DNA of 63,994 nucleotides, the filler included, from Streblomastix strix (lineage: Eukaryota), in assembly GCA_008636045.1 (NCBI GenBank). It is 4 parts of 4 records of this genome, joined end to end, with 100 filler letters (N's around TTAATTAATTAA, not from the genome) between each part and the next. Parts side by side here need not be neighbours in the genome. Positions count along the whole stretch, not along the records: positions 16,103 to 32,099 come from SNRW01000887.1; positions 32,200 to 48,194 come from SNRW01000888.1; 2 more parts are not named here. One strand, 5' to 3'. Below the pieces are notes generated by a model that saw nothing but the letters and a program-made list of their open reading frames with translations, had not been told where the DNA came from and ran no database searches. Numbering within the stretch: position 1 is the stretch's first letter; every line of letters begins with the position of its first letter. Shown here in pieces: positions 27,120-40,561 of this stretch. The translations under genes and the position numbers were made by a program.

Positions 27120-30100
27120 TCATTATTTAGTAAAATGTCTATCTGCGTTAATATTATTGATATAAGGCAAGCATGAAGGATTAGATAATACTATAAATTT
27201 TGTAAGACTTCCAGTTATTGCATTTTTCTCCATTTTCAACCAACTCATAGTCCCTTTATGCTATGCTAATGCTATATTAATAGCTGTAATTACTATTTTT
27301 CTTTAATGTCGTCTATGAATGTTTACTCATTAATCAATAGGTTTTGAACCAAAATAATACCATTCAATACAATCTCATTATTAATTATATAAATTTCAGG
27401 TGAAAGAGCTACGCAATTGTATCCATTTTTTTTAACTCATTTATGCAATATCAATTTTTCCTATTTTCACAATACACACAATCTTTATACGTATTATAGA
27501 ACTGATAGTCTTTGAAGACTTCTTCGAATAACTAATCTGGACCTCTATTTGGATTATCACTAATAGCCCATGTCAAACTATCTGTGTTTCTCTGTATAAA
27601 ATGCATATTACTCATATCATATGTTTTATACATAAAATTATATATGAAATTAATATTCCAAAATTTAGCGGAATCAATTATTTAGTAAGCTATTTATGAA
27701 CATATATTAAATCTATAATTTTCTTTTTCCATTTGTACTGCGTATATATCTTCATTCAATTCAGTCAAAAGCATAATGCCACTCATCATGTGTTGAACAA
27801 ATGTCTTATAAAATGATTGCAAATATTGTTTTAGAATATTTTTCAGTATTCAATACATCATCCCCAAGTGTTGAATTAAATATAATTTTTGCAAACTAAG
27901 CAAACCCATCATTTTTATCATCTTTCGTTTATTTTCGAAGAATCATAAATTCTGTTACAAATGAGTTGAAATTAGTGAGTTTCGTAAATGTGGTTATACT
28001 AACTATTTCATCAATTGCAAGAAGACATGTATCAAATAGTAGCCTTAAATGGTAATTATTGAATGACATTACTTCGTTATTTATATAGATTAAATTTGTT
28101 AATTTACGTTCAGTTCTATCACGCGGAAATTAGTGATTGACTAGATGATTATACATAAATTCTCCTATTGTTTCTTTGTTAGTAGTTATATTAATGTTTC
28201 TTATTATTAGTCCAAAATCAATGCAATAATTAATATAATTTTCATCATTGTGACCTCTAACTTCAGCAACAAATAATAACATTTTATAAATTATTAATGA
28301 ATCGCAGGAGAATCGATTAGCATCATAAATTAATGCTCAATGTCGATTTTGATCAGTTATTCTTTCAATTAATTATGTTTGCATATATATTATATGATTA
28401 CAATATAGGTTTAACGTATTGGATTCACCGTCCGTAATACTCGGATATTAACTATGAAAATCTAACTATACAACATATGTCATCATATTATCAGAGTCTA
28501 ATAAATATATGCATTTATTTTCTTAATCAAATCCAAAATGATTTATTTTTGTTTCTCCTGCAATATTATATCTGTGCATTACTTAAGATAGACCACCAGT
28601 AATACCTTTACGCAATAATTGATTTCCTTCATCAGAAATTAACGTCATAGGCAATTGCTTTAATAATGCGTACTTTCTTAGTTGAATCATTAGTTTCATC
28701 TAGTTTTCATCACGAATAGCTTTACATACATTGCAACGTATACAGCATGGAGTCACATTATTTTTTGAGTGTATTTTGCTACTATCTATTCTATCTAACG
28801 TAGGTCTATTCTTACATGTGAATCGTGCATTGAATATGTGGCATTGATAATTTTTGAATAATTCTTTAAAATAACTATAATCGTCAATCATTACATTATT
28901 GCTTGAATCTCTATTCTTTTTATTATCTTATTCGATATAACTTTCTACTTGAGCTCTCCAATAATATTATGTGATTTCGATAGATTTCTCAGTGCATTTA
29001 GAATTATAGTCTTCATTAATATCAAAGCCATTATATGCCATAGAATTTTTAATAAAATTAGAGCACTGCTCTATTGACAAATTAGGTAACCTATTCACTT
29101 TATATTTTAACATTAACTCAATCAAGTAATCTGTTGGTTCAATAAAAACTCTTGAATCTAATATATTATAATGCTTCAAATAATCCCATCGTTATTTAAA
29201 CTTAGCTGATTCGACTAGATAGTCTTGGTAATTTAATTTAGATTACTTCATATTTCTTAGTTTGTTAACGAATGCTTCGATCGGAAATAGTTTATTTTTA
29301 TTCAATTCTTTCATCTAATTATTAACATTAACAAACTCATGTGGAAATCTGCCTTTTTTGTAAGTCCTGATTCCAAAATTTCTAACAGCATCTTTTAATT
29401 TAATTTACATAAAGTAGATCTTAAAATCAACGAATCTCAATTGAAAGCTTGAAGACTAATGGTTGACAATTATCTATTTTGCGATTGTGCTTTAACTTAA
29501 ATATTTCGAGATAGTCCAATCTATTGATTTCAAATTCTTAAACATCACTGATGCATCAAATTTCGCAGAATTGAACCTAATTACAGGTTCCTCATAATAA
29601 TATGATATCGTTTCATCTATATATTTGTTATCTTTCTTAACTTGCTTAACTTCTTTGAAGAGTTATTCTAATCACTTATCTAAGAAATCTTCAGTTCAAA
29701 TATCGTAATAAAATGAATGGATACCACTAGCCAATTTGACAGTTGATGCAATAGCGTATGGAATTAATGTTCCGGTAACTTATGAACTATCACCAAATTT
29801 TTCATTAACTTTTTTCTCTAATGTTTTAATTTCATATGTTTTGTAATATCCTGTTGGTTTGAACAAATGAGTTAAATTATTCGCTAATACATACTTGTAA
29901 GTTTTATTGGATAAAATATGTGGAACAAACGGTTTCGCTAATCTTTCTAAGATAACTTTCCTCAATATTTTTCAACGATTCTTTTGACATTTTTTCATAT
30001 GATTTTTGATTAATGTTTATAAATTTGAATTACCTATTCTGAATGCTTATTTATGACATATATTACAATAATGAAATCCAGTTAATGCTTCTTCATCAAA

Positions 30101-31555
30101 TATGAACATAATATGTGCATTGAGTCCATCATTAATAAATAGAATATTGAATTGTTTGTCTGAATTATTAGCATTATAATTTTATATAAGTTCATAATGT
30201 GTTGGATTATCTTCAAATGTGTACATGTGCACATTAATCTATTCATTATTTATAAAGTTATGAATATCATTCATAAAATCAAATCGTTAATAGTTATCTC
30301 GAAATTTCACTCCATTAACTCTGAAGAATATACGCTTAGCTTTTGCTATTCTAAATGAATCCTTCCAACGTTTATCCTTTGAATTAGGCATCGTGATGAA
30401 TGAATACGCTGTCCGGAAGCATAGATTCACATTACAATATTCATAGTAAATTTCTTTTCGTTTGATATACTGCTTTAATTATGGGATTACTGTACCAGCT
30501 TGTTGATATCGAAATACAAAAAGCATTATTGAGAAAATAGCTATTATTTTTTCATGAATATCAGCGTTAGTTCTCTCTTACATGCTTCCTATAACTGTTC
30601 GAAGATTTTAATTGTACATATTAATATTATATCTATATCTTTTCCCTAATCGTGATCATTATTCTGAACTTGCATCTACTAGAAGAATATATATGTATTT
30701 AATTATTTAATTTTCATTATTACTTTCAATATGTTCAATTAACATTCCAAAATAAACAGCTAATTTATACACATTACCTTTTTCTTTATCATATACAGAA
30801 TCTAAGAGCCAATTAAAATCAGCTTATGAAGCAATATTACTATAATATTATTTAGTTGGTTTCATTTAATCAATTGATGATAAATTATATGTTTTATTCG
30901 AAAGAGTACCTATCTCTTTATTATATCGATTTAATGAAAGATCCTTAACCCTATTGAAGGATACTTCATTCTATGCATAATATAGCATAATCACATCATT
31001 GTCAATATCAAGATGATGATACATGTACTATTCATAAGTTCTAATGTAATCGTTAATTTCTTATTAGTCTGTTTCAAATAATATATCGATACTCATATCC
31101 TCTACATTATGAAATTCATCTAATAATTATGCTTATCTTACTTATCTATCCTCATCTTATTTTCTCATACGTTCTTCTATCTCTTATGCTCTTAATTAAT
31201 GCTGCTATTATCTATATCATTCGGGGTCGAAAATACCTTCATCATCTAATAATTTTGGGTCGAACTCTTCCCTTAATTCATTTATGTCTAATTCACGTTA
31301 TTTTTATATTAATTTTTATTTCTTTTATAACTATTATTCTCATGTTAATCGTTATTGTTCTCGTTAATTGAACCATTTTCGAACATGATTTTATATATCA
31401 GTAGCTGCTTTGGATTGTTTCAAATATAAATTTCGTGAAGCTACTACATTGATCGCTTATTGGACAATATTAGCGTTATTGCACTAGCCATAGAATCCGA
31501 TCTTTGTCAGTATAGAACTTAGAATTGATCTCTTTTGCTTATAATTTACATTCAT
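27120..31555 (-). pseudogene. Polinton-type family B DNA polymerase (copy 2) with zinc finger and HNH-like insert
   Basis: GFHYCNICHK...NHMKKC; IRFNSAKFD (Exo II); DYLKHYNILD (Exo III); LRKGITGGLS; LDFHSQYPS (motif A); FAKIIFNSTLG (motif B); QRNTDSL (motif C); EKNAITG; TGA at 27120-27122. Confidence 0.9.
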
Positions 31556-31959
31556 GTTCGTATTTGAATCGTACAATTAGGGGAGCCGATTAACGTCTAC
31601 AATTGATATCTTCGTTCGAATTATTATAATAAATCAAAAATAAATTATCATATGATTATTCTTTCTCAATCTGTTTCCATCTATTATTTTGGAAGATTAT
31701 ATCGAAACATTAGTTATTTTGATTACTTTTCCCGATATGTTACAAGAACAACATTGTTATATACGTTTCCAATATTTGTTGCAAATGCTACTTCATCATC
31801 ATCAACCATTTCGAAATGTTTAGTTGCAAGTTCATTCGTATTCACTCTTGTTGCTTGTTTAAAGGTTTCTTTACTTGTTGCATCCCAATTTACTTATGCA
31901 TCAATTATTTCAATAGATTTCTTAAAATAACATCCAAAGCTGCTGCAGCAACATACATG

Positions 31960-32099
31960 TATGAGAAAATAAGATGAGGATAGATAAGTAAGATAAGCAT
32001 AATTATTAGATGATGAAGGTATTTTCGACCCCGAATGATATAGATAATAGCAGCATTAATTAAGAGCATAAGAGATAGAAGAACGTATGAGAAAATAAG
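31960..32099. repeat. Rearranged inverted duplicate of ~31118-31255 at the contig end (probable chimera)
   Basis: GTATGAGAAAATAAGATGAGGATAGATAAG... and GATGATGAAGGTATTTTCGACCCCG... are reverse complements of two adjacent PolB2 segments in swapped order. Confidence 0.85.
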
Positions 32100-32199
32100 N
32101 NNNNNNNNNNNNNNNNNNNNNNNNNNNNNNNNNNNNNNNNNNNTTAATTAATTAANNNNNNNNNNNNNNNNNNNNNNNNNNNNNNNNNNNNNNNNNNNN
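32100..32199. other. Artificial contig linker
   Basis: 100 nt, N44-TTAATTAATTAA-N44. Confidence 0.95.
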
Positions 32200-35100
32200 T
32201 CAATTATTTTATTCTTCTCTTCTTCTGTTCCAATTATTGGAATCATCAAATCTTCTCTAATTTTATCAAGCGCTTGTATTGGAATCTGAGATTTCATTAT
32301 TTCTGTAATTAAAATTTATTTTTCTTCAAATTTACTACTTTCTTCTTCCAATTTCTGTGGTTCTTACAATTCCCAATTCTTTTATAATTTATAATCTTTA
32401 TCCTTTTCTTATTGTTAATCTTAATTTTATTCTTATAGTAAATCTTATTTCAATTCTTGAATTGGTTCTTAAATAGTTGGTTTTTCATTATTTTAATGAT
32501 CTTCTTATTCTTCCTAAGTTAATTATCCTTCATTTGGTTATATTTGAATAGGCTATTGTTCAACTTACTGTATTTGATTATGTTATTCATCTTGCAATTA
32601 TTAAGGAATGTTATCTAATAATTAATTTTGTTATAATTCGTTATTATTTATTTGTTGCTATTGTTCATTCTAATTTTGTTATATAATATCTTCTTCTTTC
32701 TATTCATCAACTTATTCATTTTATTCAATTGTAGATGTATCTTCTTATGAAGGATGCTAATCATTTGAATCGTATTATATAATTTCAGATCCCATTAATA
32801 AATCTAATTTGGTATTTGTATCAGTTGTCACTTCCTATGTCAGCTTTGGTGATGCCGATTGAGGGAATATGGCAGATTGACCAGTGAAATGTTATTCTTC
32901 ATTTTATGGAACATAAAAATCCTAAAATTCATTCTATTCTTTATCTGAATCTGTAGATTGTGGAGATGGAGATATTTCATATGAACCATTATATTACTTA
33001 TTATCTTATTATTATGATTCTGTAGATTGTGGAGATGGAGATATTTCATATGAACTATTATATTACTTATTATCTTATTATTAAAGTGGGAGAGGTGGTG
33101 TTGGTTAAGGAGATGCAAATGCTGAATCATCAGGTGGGGAATATTCAACAGTGAATCCTTAACTATTCGGTGATTGTTTATCTTCATAAGGATTGGAATC
33201 TATTAATGATGATGAATGTGACATTCTGAGTGAAGACTGACGTTTTAGAAAGTGAGAAAAAATGCTCTTTTCACTGTATTTAATTTACTCAGATGGTGCT
33301 TTAACTAAAGGTTCTCCTTCAAATGGGTCACTGAGATCTTATGAAAACTCACTCTATGAAGCAAGAGATATCATTTCTTCTACTTCATTCTTTGTCTCTT
33401 ATTATTTCTATGTGGGTATTCGGAGTATGAAATGCTCAGTTGTTTGTGCCCTTATTCTCTTTTGTTTCTTTTTATGGTCAATAATAAGTGGTATTTTTGG
33501 TAATAATGATTCTGATCCTTCAGTTTATACATCCTCACGATGTTATAGTGAAGATGTTGAATGAATATTTAAACTATTAAAATTAGATACAGTACTCTTT
33601 GTTTTAATTAATTTCTTTTTAGCTCTAATATCAATTTCTGTATTCAATTAAACATCTTTGTTTTCTGAAGATTATTAATTATCAACATTATTTAATCTGG
33701 GGCTTGTTTTACTCATATTTTATATTTTATTCTGTATGTCATTTACATCATCCAAATCGCTTTTATCCTGTTTATTCTATTCATCATTTTATGTCTAACT
33801 TACTTATATCTTCTATAAAGCTTCCTCCAATTATTACTTTGCACTCAGAGGAAAGAAGTCCTTCAAATGATGTCCATTATCACCTGGAGTATCAACTGGA
33901 GAATTTATTGGTGAATCATCAGGAGATGGAATTGGAGTTTATTCTTAATAATGATTTATTTATAAGGGATTAATTGAATCATTTAATGGGGAAAGTTTAG
34001 GTGAATGAATACTACTAGGATGAGTATGTGTTTTGACGTTTTCTAAAACAATTGGTGAACTTGAATCTGGTTTAATGTCTGCAACTTATTAAAGAAGTGT
34101 TTGTTGTAATGAAGAAGCTTCATTAACTGAGAATGTTAAACTTTTTCGTCTTTTATTTTTACCAAAATTTTTCTTCTCAATTTTTGCTTCGTCTTAAGTT
34201 GCTTCTCCTTTTAACCAAGATTCCAACAAACTTTAACTTTCATCATGTTTTATTTTTGATTGAGGTGCTAAGTGCTGTTATTAAGTTAAGCGTGATGTAA
34301 GTGATGGATTGTGTGATGGTTATAAAACCAATAATTATTTACTTGCTATTTTTGGTACTTAGTCAGCTTAAATTTACATGAATTCTTATGATGTTCCAGT
34401 GAGACTTCTTCTTCTTTCATGTTAAGAATGTTGTGTTTATGTCTCAATTCCAAATTCATTCTGGATTTTATCTCCAGTTTCTTCATTTCCATTTGGAGAA
34501 TTTACTGAAATACTTAAATGTCTGTCTTGATAAAATTACTTCTTTATATCTCTTGGAGAATCATATATTGGTATTTCAGTTGAAGTATCGTTTAATCCTT
34601 ATGTCTATATCGTTAACTTTAATCTATCTTTCTTTGGAGGTTCATTCTAATCATTATCTTTAAAATTTTCTATTAATGACTTTGGAAAAGTGGAAGTTAA
34701 TTATTAAGATCCCATTTTATTATCTTCATGCAATTAGTATTACTCCTAATCCTATTAAGTATGATCTTATTTAGTATGATCTTCTTCTTCTTCTTCTTTG
34801 TATTCTATTATATCATTAATAATATTTATATCTTCATCTTCCTCCTTAATAACTTCAATAATGTTTGATGATATGGCTTATGTGTTAATTTCTTATTGTG
34901 CATCTATCTAGCTATTTGGTATAATATATTAATTTGACATTTCCTATTGACGTACATACTCATCAAAATTCAATTCGTCATTTTAGAATCCTTGTTCATT
35001 TTAGTCTTAATTAATCTATTACAACTAAAACCGTTATTAATAAGGGTCAATATCTTCAGGAGAATATTAAAAGCCTAATTATTGTTATTCAGATTGTTAC

Positions 35101-38100
35101 TAATCTTATTATTCCTATTATTCTTATTGTTATTCTTACTATTATTCTTCCCCTATAGCAGCTGATTTAAAAAGAGAGTGAAATGAAAGCCCAAAGTCGG
35201 TCAATCGAATGTGTCCATCGCTTCCAATAAGAAGATTGTCAGGTTTCAAATCACAATGAACAACATTGTGAGTGTGTAGAAATTCAACTGCAACAACAAT
35301 CTCTGCAAGAAACTGTTTAACTACACTTTCATCTAAATTTTCAAAACTCTATAGAAGCGAATAAAGATCTCCACCTGGTTAATAATCCATAACTAAATAA
35401 AAATTGTCTTTTGTTTAGAACGAGCATATTAACTATACAATATAATCTACTCTCTCTTTAGAAAGTTATTGAAGAATTTCATATTCAAGAATTAAACGCT
35501 TCTAAACTTTTGATTCAGATAACTCAGATCTACGAAGTACTTTCATTGCATAGAATTTGTTTGGATCAATCGCTCCTACTCCAGTAAGAGGTGCAACATA
35601 CTTATCCTAATTAAGCTAATTATGCATATCTTTCTACTTTTATTGCCAATCTTGTATCTAATGTGCCTTAGTCTTAGTTAACTACACAAGAAGCACTCTT
35701 CCATAAGCACCCCTTGTAATTGGCTTACATATTCTGAAGTCAGCCAATGAAAGTGGAGGGGCTGCTTATTCTTCTTACATTGGAGAAGGTGGTTAGTCTT
35801 TTATATCTAATGAACCTCCTTATTATTATATAGGTTTCATTAATTTAGTTTCTTCTGTGATATTATCTTGTTACTGGTGTGCAGACATTTGAGATGATGT
35901 AATATTTGAATCAGAGTGTAGTGAAGAACCGCTCAACATGAGAGATTAATTATTATTGACTTCATCACCAGATTATTATAAATTTTCATTTATTGGTTAT
36001 TATTAATTTTGACTTTATTATTAGCTCATTTAGCTCTTTTGTTAGGTACTAGTTGATTCAGCTGATAATTATTAATCTAAATTTGAATGAGTACTATTGT
36101 AAGGTGATGTTTATGTAGGAAACATTAATTAAGGTTCAATGTTAGTAGCAGGATGTTATAATAAGAAACGTTCAGAAGCAGATTTATTGTGTATGAATTA
36201 TGCATTTAGTTTAGTTAATATTAACGAGTCCGTTTAACCTGATTCCAATTTTCTATTTTATTCTTCAATAATTACTTCTCCAGGTGAATGACTAGATCTT
36301 TGCTTAAAATCTTTCATTGATTATGTTCTTACCATTTGAGATGGTTAATTCCCCCTTCCTGGAGATGATAGTTTGCGTTATTATTGGGTTTGTTAATCAT
36401 TATATTATATATTTTAGGATTAATTATTTATTGTTTATATATCATTTTAGTTGATTGTCTATGTTGTATCTTTAACAGGAATATGATTGATAATGTTATT
36501 TTAAACCAATTATTATTAGGCTATATATTAGTCTACTTCATCTAACGCAATATTATTCTTCTAATCTGGAATGACCTATTAACGATCATTTTATTATCCC
36601 TCAACCATTCCAATTGAACCATGTGAAGTGTTTTAACTTTCTGAAGGATTCTACTAATTATTCTTTTGATTAATCATACTCTAATCTATAGAAATTTGTT
36701 TCTGATTGAATTTTTGTTGAAGTGAAGTGTTATTATATTAATTATAACCAGATATATTATTTTGTTCATTTTCAGTTGTGGATTGTGTTTGGTCAGTGCC
36801 AAGTTTTTATCTGGATTATGTTTTGAACTGCTGAAGCTTATTTAATGGTTGAATTGAATTCTAGACAAGATCATGAGCTAATTATTCGGGTTCAGTGTTT
36901 TAAAGATTATATAAAGTTTAACTCAAATTGATTTATGATTATGTATTATAATAAGGTTAAAAGTTAGGTGATGATGAAGATAGAAATTATTATTTTTGAA
37001 TTTCTTATTATGTCCTCGGAAATTATCGGAAAGAAGCTGAAGATATAAACTATGTATTAGAAGATTTTGATTGACTTGCATTTGTTCGTTATTATTGAAT
37101 AATATCTTTTTATTATTAATACTACAATTATGTATTCATATTACTACCACCTCTCTAATTATCATTATTCTAGAGTTATTCTAATATTTATCTGTTTCCG
37201 TCTTATAATTATACATGTTCAGGAGTATTATTATTATTCTATTAATCTTATTTAATATAGAAGTCAAGAGGTGATTAATAAATACCTTACATAGAGGGTG
37301 ATTCTGATATTTCAGAACGAGGTGAGATAATGTCAGTTTCTAATGTTAATGGTGTTTGTGGATTGTCATTTGGAGATGTTACTGATTCTGTTCTGGAATT
37401 GTGAACTGCTGAAGTGCTTGATGTAAGTGGAAATGTTGTTATTGTTAAATGTTTAGGATGAGATTAGCGTCTATCATAATTAGATTAATTAGTTTAGAAT
37501 TCAATTTATTTTGCATGATTCTTAATTAATTAATCAACAGTAGCAGGCACTATCGTAGGATCAGAATAATATCCATAATTAGATTGATCCATTTGTTGTG
37601 GTGAAGTCCATCCAATTTTATTAGGATCATCTGAAAATAGATCAATTATACTACCACTATATTTTGATGAATGTGAATTTGCTGGTGAGACTGGAGTAGT
37701 TGGAGTTGATGCTCCTTATACTTTATCAGGTTCACCACTATTGCTTGGTGTAGTCTGCAGTCGTGCATCAAGTGAAACCTACGATGAAGATGATTTATGT
37801 AATTATTATGTGTGTTGTGGTGAATGTTTCTGCTAAAATTGACTGTGATCAGGAATATGGGATGTAGGATGCTATGTTTTATTAGATTGCCCCGCAAACT
37901 ATATCGGGAAAAATTAATTTAAAGCATCTGACAAATTTTGATCAAACATTCCCTATTGTTGTGCTGCAGCATTTGCATATAAACTAGCTGTTTATACTGA
38001 GTTCAGTGGTTTTTGTGAAGATGTGTACGGCTTTGGTCCATATAGCATCGCGCCTATTTTAGTACCTGATCCCGAAGTAGATCCATGCTTCATACCTTAA

Positions 38101-38477
38101 TATGTTAGAGATAATTAAGGAGTTATTATGTTGTGCACGTTAACTGATGAAGCAATCTGCTATTAAATAATTTGTTGTTGAGGATTTTGTTAGTGGATAG
38201 ATTACATTTATGTTGCTGATTGATTATGCTGAACTATCTATTACTTTGTTTGAATTTCATGAAGTGTTTTTGGATTATAGTTGTCCCCTGGAGGTTATCC
38301 AATAAAAAGTGGATTAATTTAAGAAATTGCAATTCGCGTTAAGTGTCCTTCTTCCTAGCCAATTCGCTATTATTATTTATGTGTTCCTATCTATTCATTT
38401 AAATTATTTTACGTATCCATGGCATCAGTTAGGGCCCTACGGCGCGTAAATCCGACATCTGTTAGCGAATGTGACAT
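32200..38477 (-). CDS. Greatwall/MASTL/Rim15-like AGC kinase with Q-rich N-terminus and very long post-DFG insert; 3' truncated
   Basis: [18 protein letters not shown] start; [86 protein letters not shown] (35180-35750). No introns noticed. Confidence 0.8.
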
Positions 38478-38607
38478 AAAATTATCACTTGTTTTCTAAG
38501 TAATAATATTTATCAAAATAAAAATAGTAATACATTTTATTGCAATTTACATACGTTTGTATCAGTTTCGACAAAAGGATCCGCCATTAATTTCGTCAGA
38601 TATCTTT

Positions 38608-40482
38608 ATGGAGACAAAAAGAAAAAAACTCGACAATAATTTATGTCTGTGGACAGCAATAGCACAAACGTCCTTGCTCGGTATGTGCATTATTTTATGT
38701 ATATTATAACCTTATTTTGAACTATCGTCATCAACTTTGAAGGATCCCTCCTGCTCGCGAACCAAGATAACCATTGTATGAAAAAAAATTGTATTACAAA
38801 TTTCAATTTAATATATTTTACTCAAAATGTTGTTTAATCTGTTCAGAGGCCGAGAATCGTTTCTAGATAAAAATGCAAATTATTTTTAATCCACTGACTT
38901 AAGTATAATAATTCAATTATAATTTTTTTAGTAATAATATGCATTATTTGGCATTTATTTTTAAAAGATAATTAAAACCGATACACAATTGGATCAGGAG
39001 CAATACCATCGCCAACTTCCTCAATCTTTCTGTAATAATTCTCGCCTACTTCAGTTGCGAGTATAACTTCTGAAAGACAGTCATATGATTATTCCCCTGA
39101 AACCATAATAAATATGCAAGAAAGCAGTATAGTTAGCAGGTAATAAGAACAATAAAAAGAAATTGAGAATCAAAATGTTCACAATAACATGAACCAACAA
39201 GTTATTGAAGAATCAATTAATACAATACATGGGCATGAGATCTAATAAATTTCTTAGGATGAAGTTCATACTACTGTTCATGAACTCCATAAAGAAACTC
39301 ACTAAAAAACTCCAGCACGAATCGAAACTTAAGTTTCTACAAAAGCAACATTGCATCAGCAAACTCGAAACCCTGATATTCATATAACAGCGCCAACTTT
39401 GCTGTAATCTGCCTAACTCTTTGTATAATAAGGCGCTTAACATGATCAGAATATAATTACACATTCAATATAACCCACCCTTGATAGTTTTGTATATCCT
39501 ACTAATTAATCCAATTAATCTAAAATTATGGAATAAAAAACAGAAAACACGAATCCAGTTATCTTTGGAGTGGGAACATCTTCACTTTAAATGGTGGAAC
39601 AAGCAATCAAAAGTCAATCAACTAATGCTCTTAATATTCATTCTGGGAATAGCCAAAGACTTGGTTTTATGAGCACCAATGTCACAGCTACTTAGAGAAG
39701 CACAATTGAAGTTTGAGTGATTGTTATTTGTTTAATACAATTGATTTATTTTATGTAATTAATTACTAATATATTTATTTAATAGAATAAGAGCAGAACA
39801 TTTGTTCAGAAAACTGTTGACATAATAAGAAACAAAAGGCAGAAAAATAGAGAAGAAACTATATTTGATTAATCAGCAGTTATTGTTGCTTAGTTACTTG
39901 AGAAGGTTAGATATGATATTATCAATATATATTATCCATATATTATATTTGAATAATAAATCAGGGAAGAAAAGAACTCACAGGAAAGAAGAAGATCAAA
40001 AATGAAGCCATTTTTCACCTCACACAGGAAATTATAGTAAAATAACTGGATAAATTTGTATATTCTTTAATTTTTAGTTAATCAAACAATTTATTATTTA
40101 TATTATATATCAATTATCTAATTGCTTAAACAATCAGAACTAATAACTTGATAATGTAGAAGCTTCCAAATAGATTATGAAGAAGTTGAATAATTCACAT
40201 ACTAAGCATTTATAAGAGATATTCAGTGCAAGAGAGGAAGAAGCCCAATTAACTAAAGAATTAAAAGAATAGGGAGTAGAAGTTGACAAAATGACTCTAT
40301 TCTTTGATACCAGTGATTTGAATGAGGAAGAAGAGGATAATGAAGTATAAAAGAGCATTGAAGTTAATGATGAAGATGAAGAAGAAGATGAGGAGGAGGA
40401 GGAAGAAGAATAAACAAGACATAAAAGAAAAAGAAACACTGTATAATAATAGAAACCAATTAAAAGACCCAGAACTTAATGA
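38608..40482 (+). CDS. Hypothetical multi-exon protein with acidic tail and basic C-terminus
   Basis: ATG 38608, GT-AG introns, long open exon ~38970-39710, acidic E/D run, then KRKR and KRPRTQ-TGA. Exon structure uncertain. Confidence 0.55.
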
Positions 40483-40561
40483 TTATAATTAAACTTAATA
40501 TCAATTCAGCCATTTCACTTTAACACTCACATTTTATTGATATAATATATAATATATATAT

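Larger units (their letters stand above)
16870..31555. mobile_element. Decayed Polinton/Maverick-like (endogenous virus-like) gene cluster
   Basis: Intronless, tightly packed PolB, primase-helicase, integrase, second PolB and small ORFs. Confidence 0.8.

Noticed and set aside
31960..32099. Inverted duplicate as a terminal inverted repeat of the Polinton-like element
   Set aside because: Copies internal PolB2 coding sequence in scrambled order at a contig end; typical of an amplification or assembly chimera.
32951..33083. 69-nt direct repeat (also a 36-nt repeat at ~1058-1140)
   Set aside because: In-frame duplications within low-complexity coding sequence.
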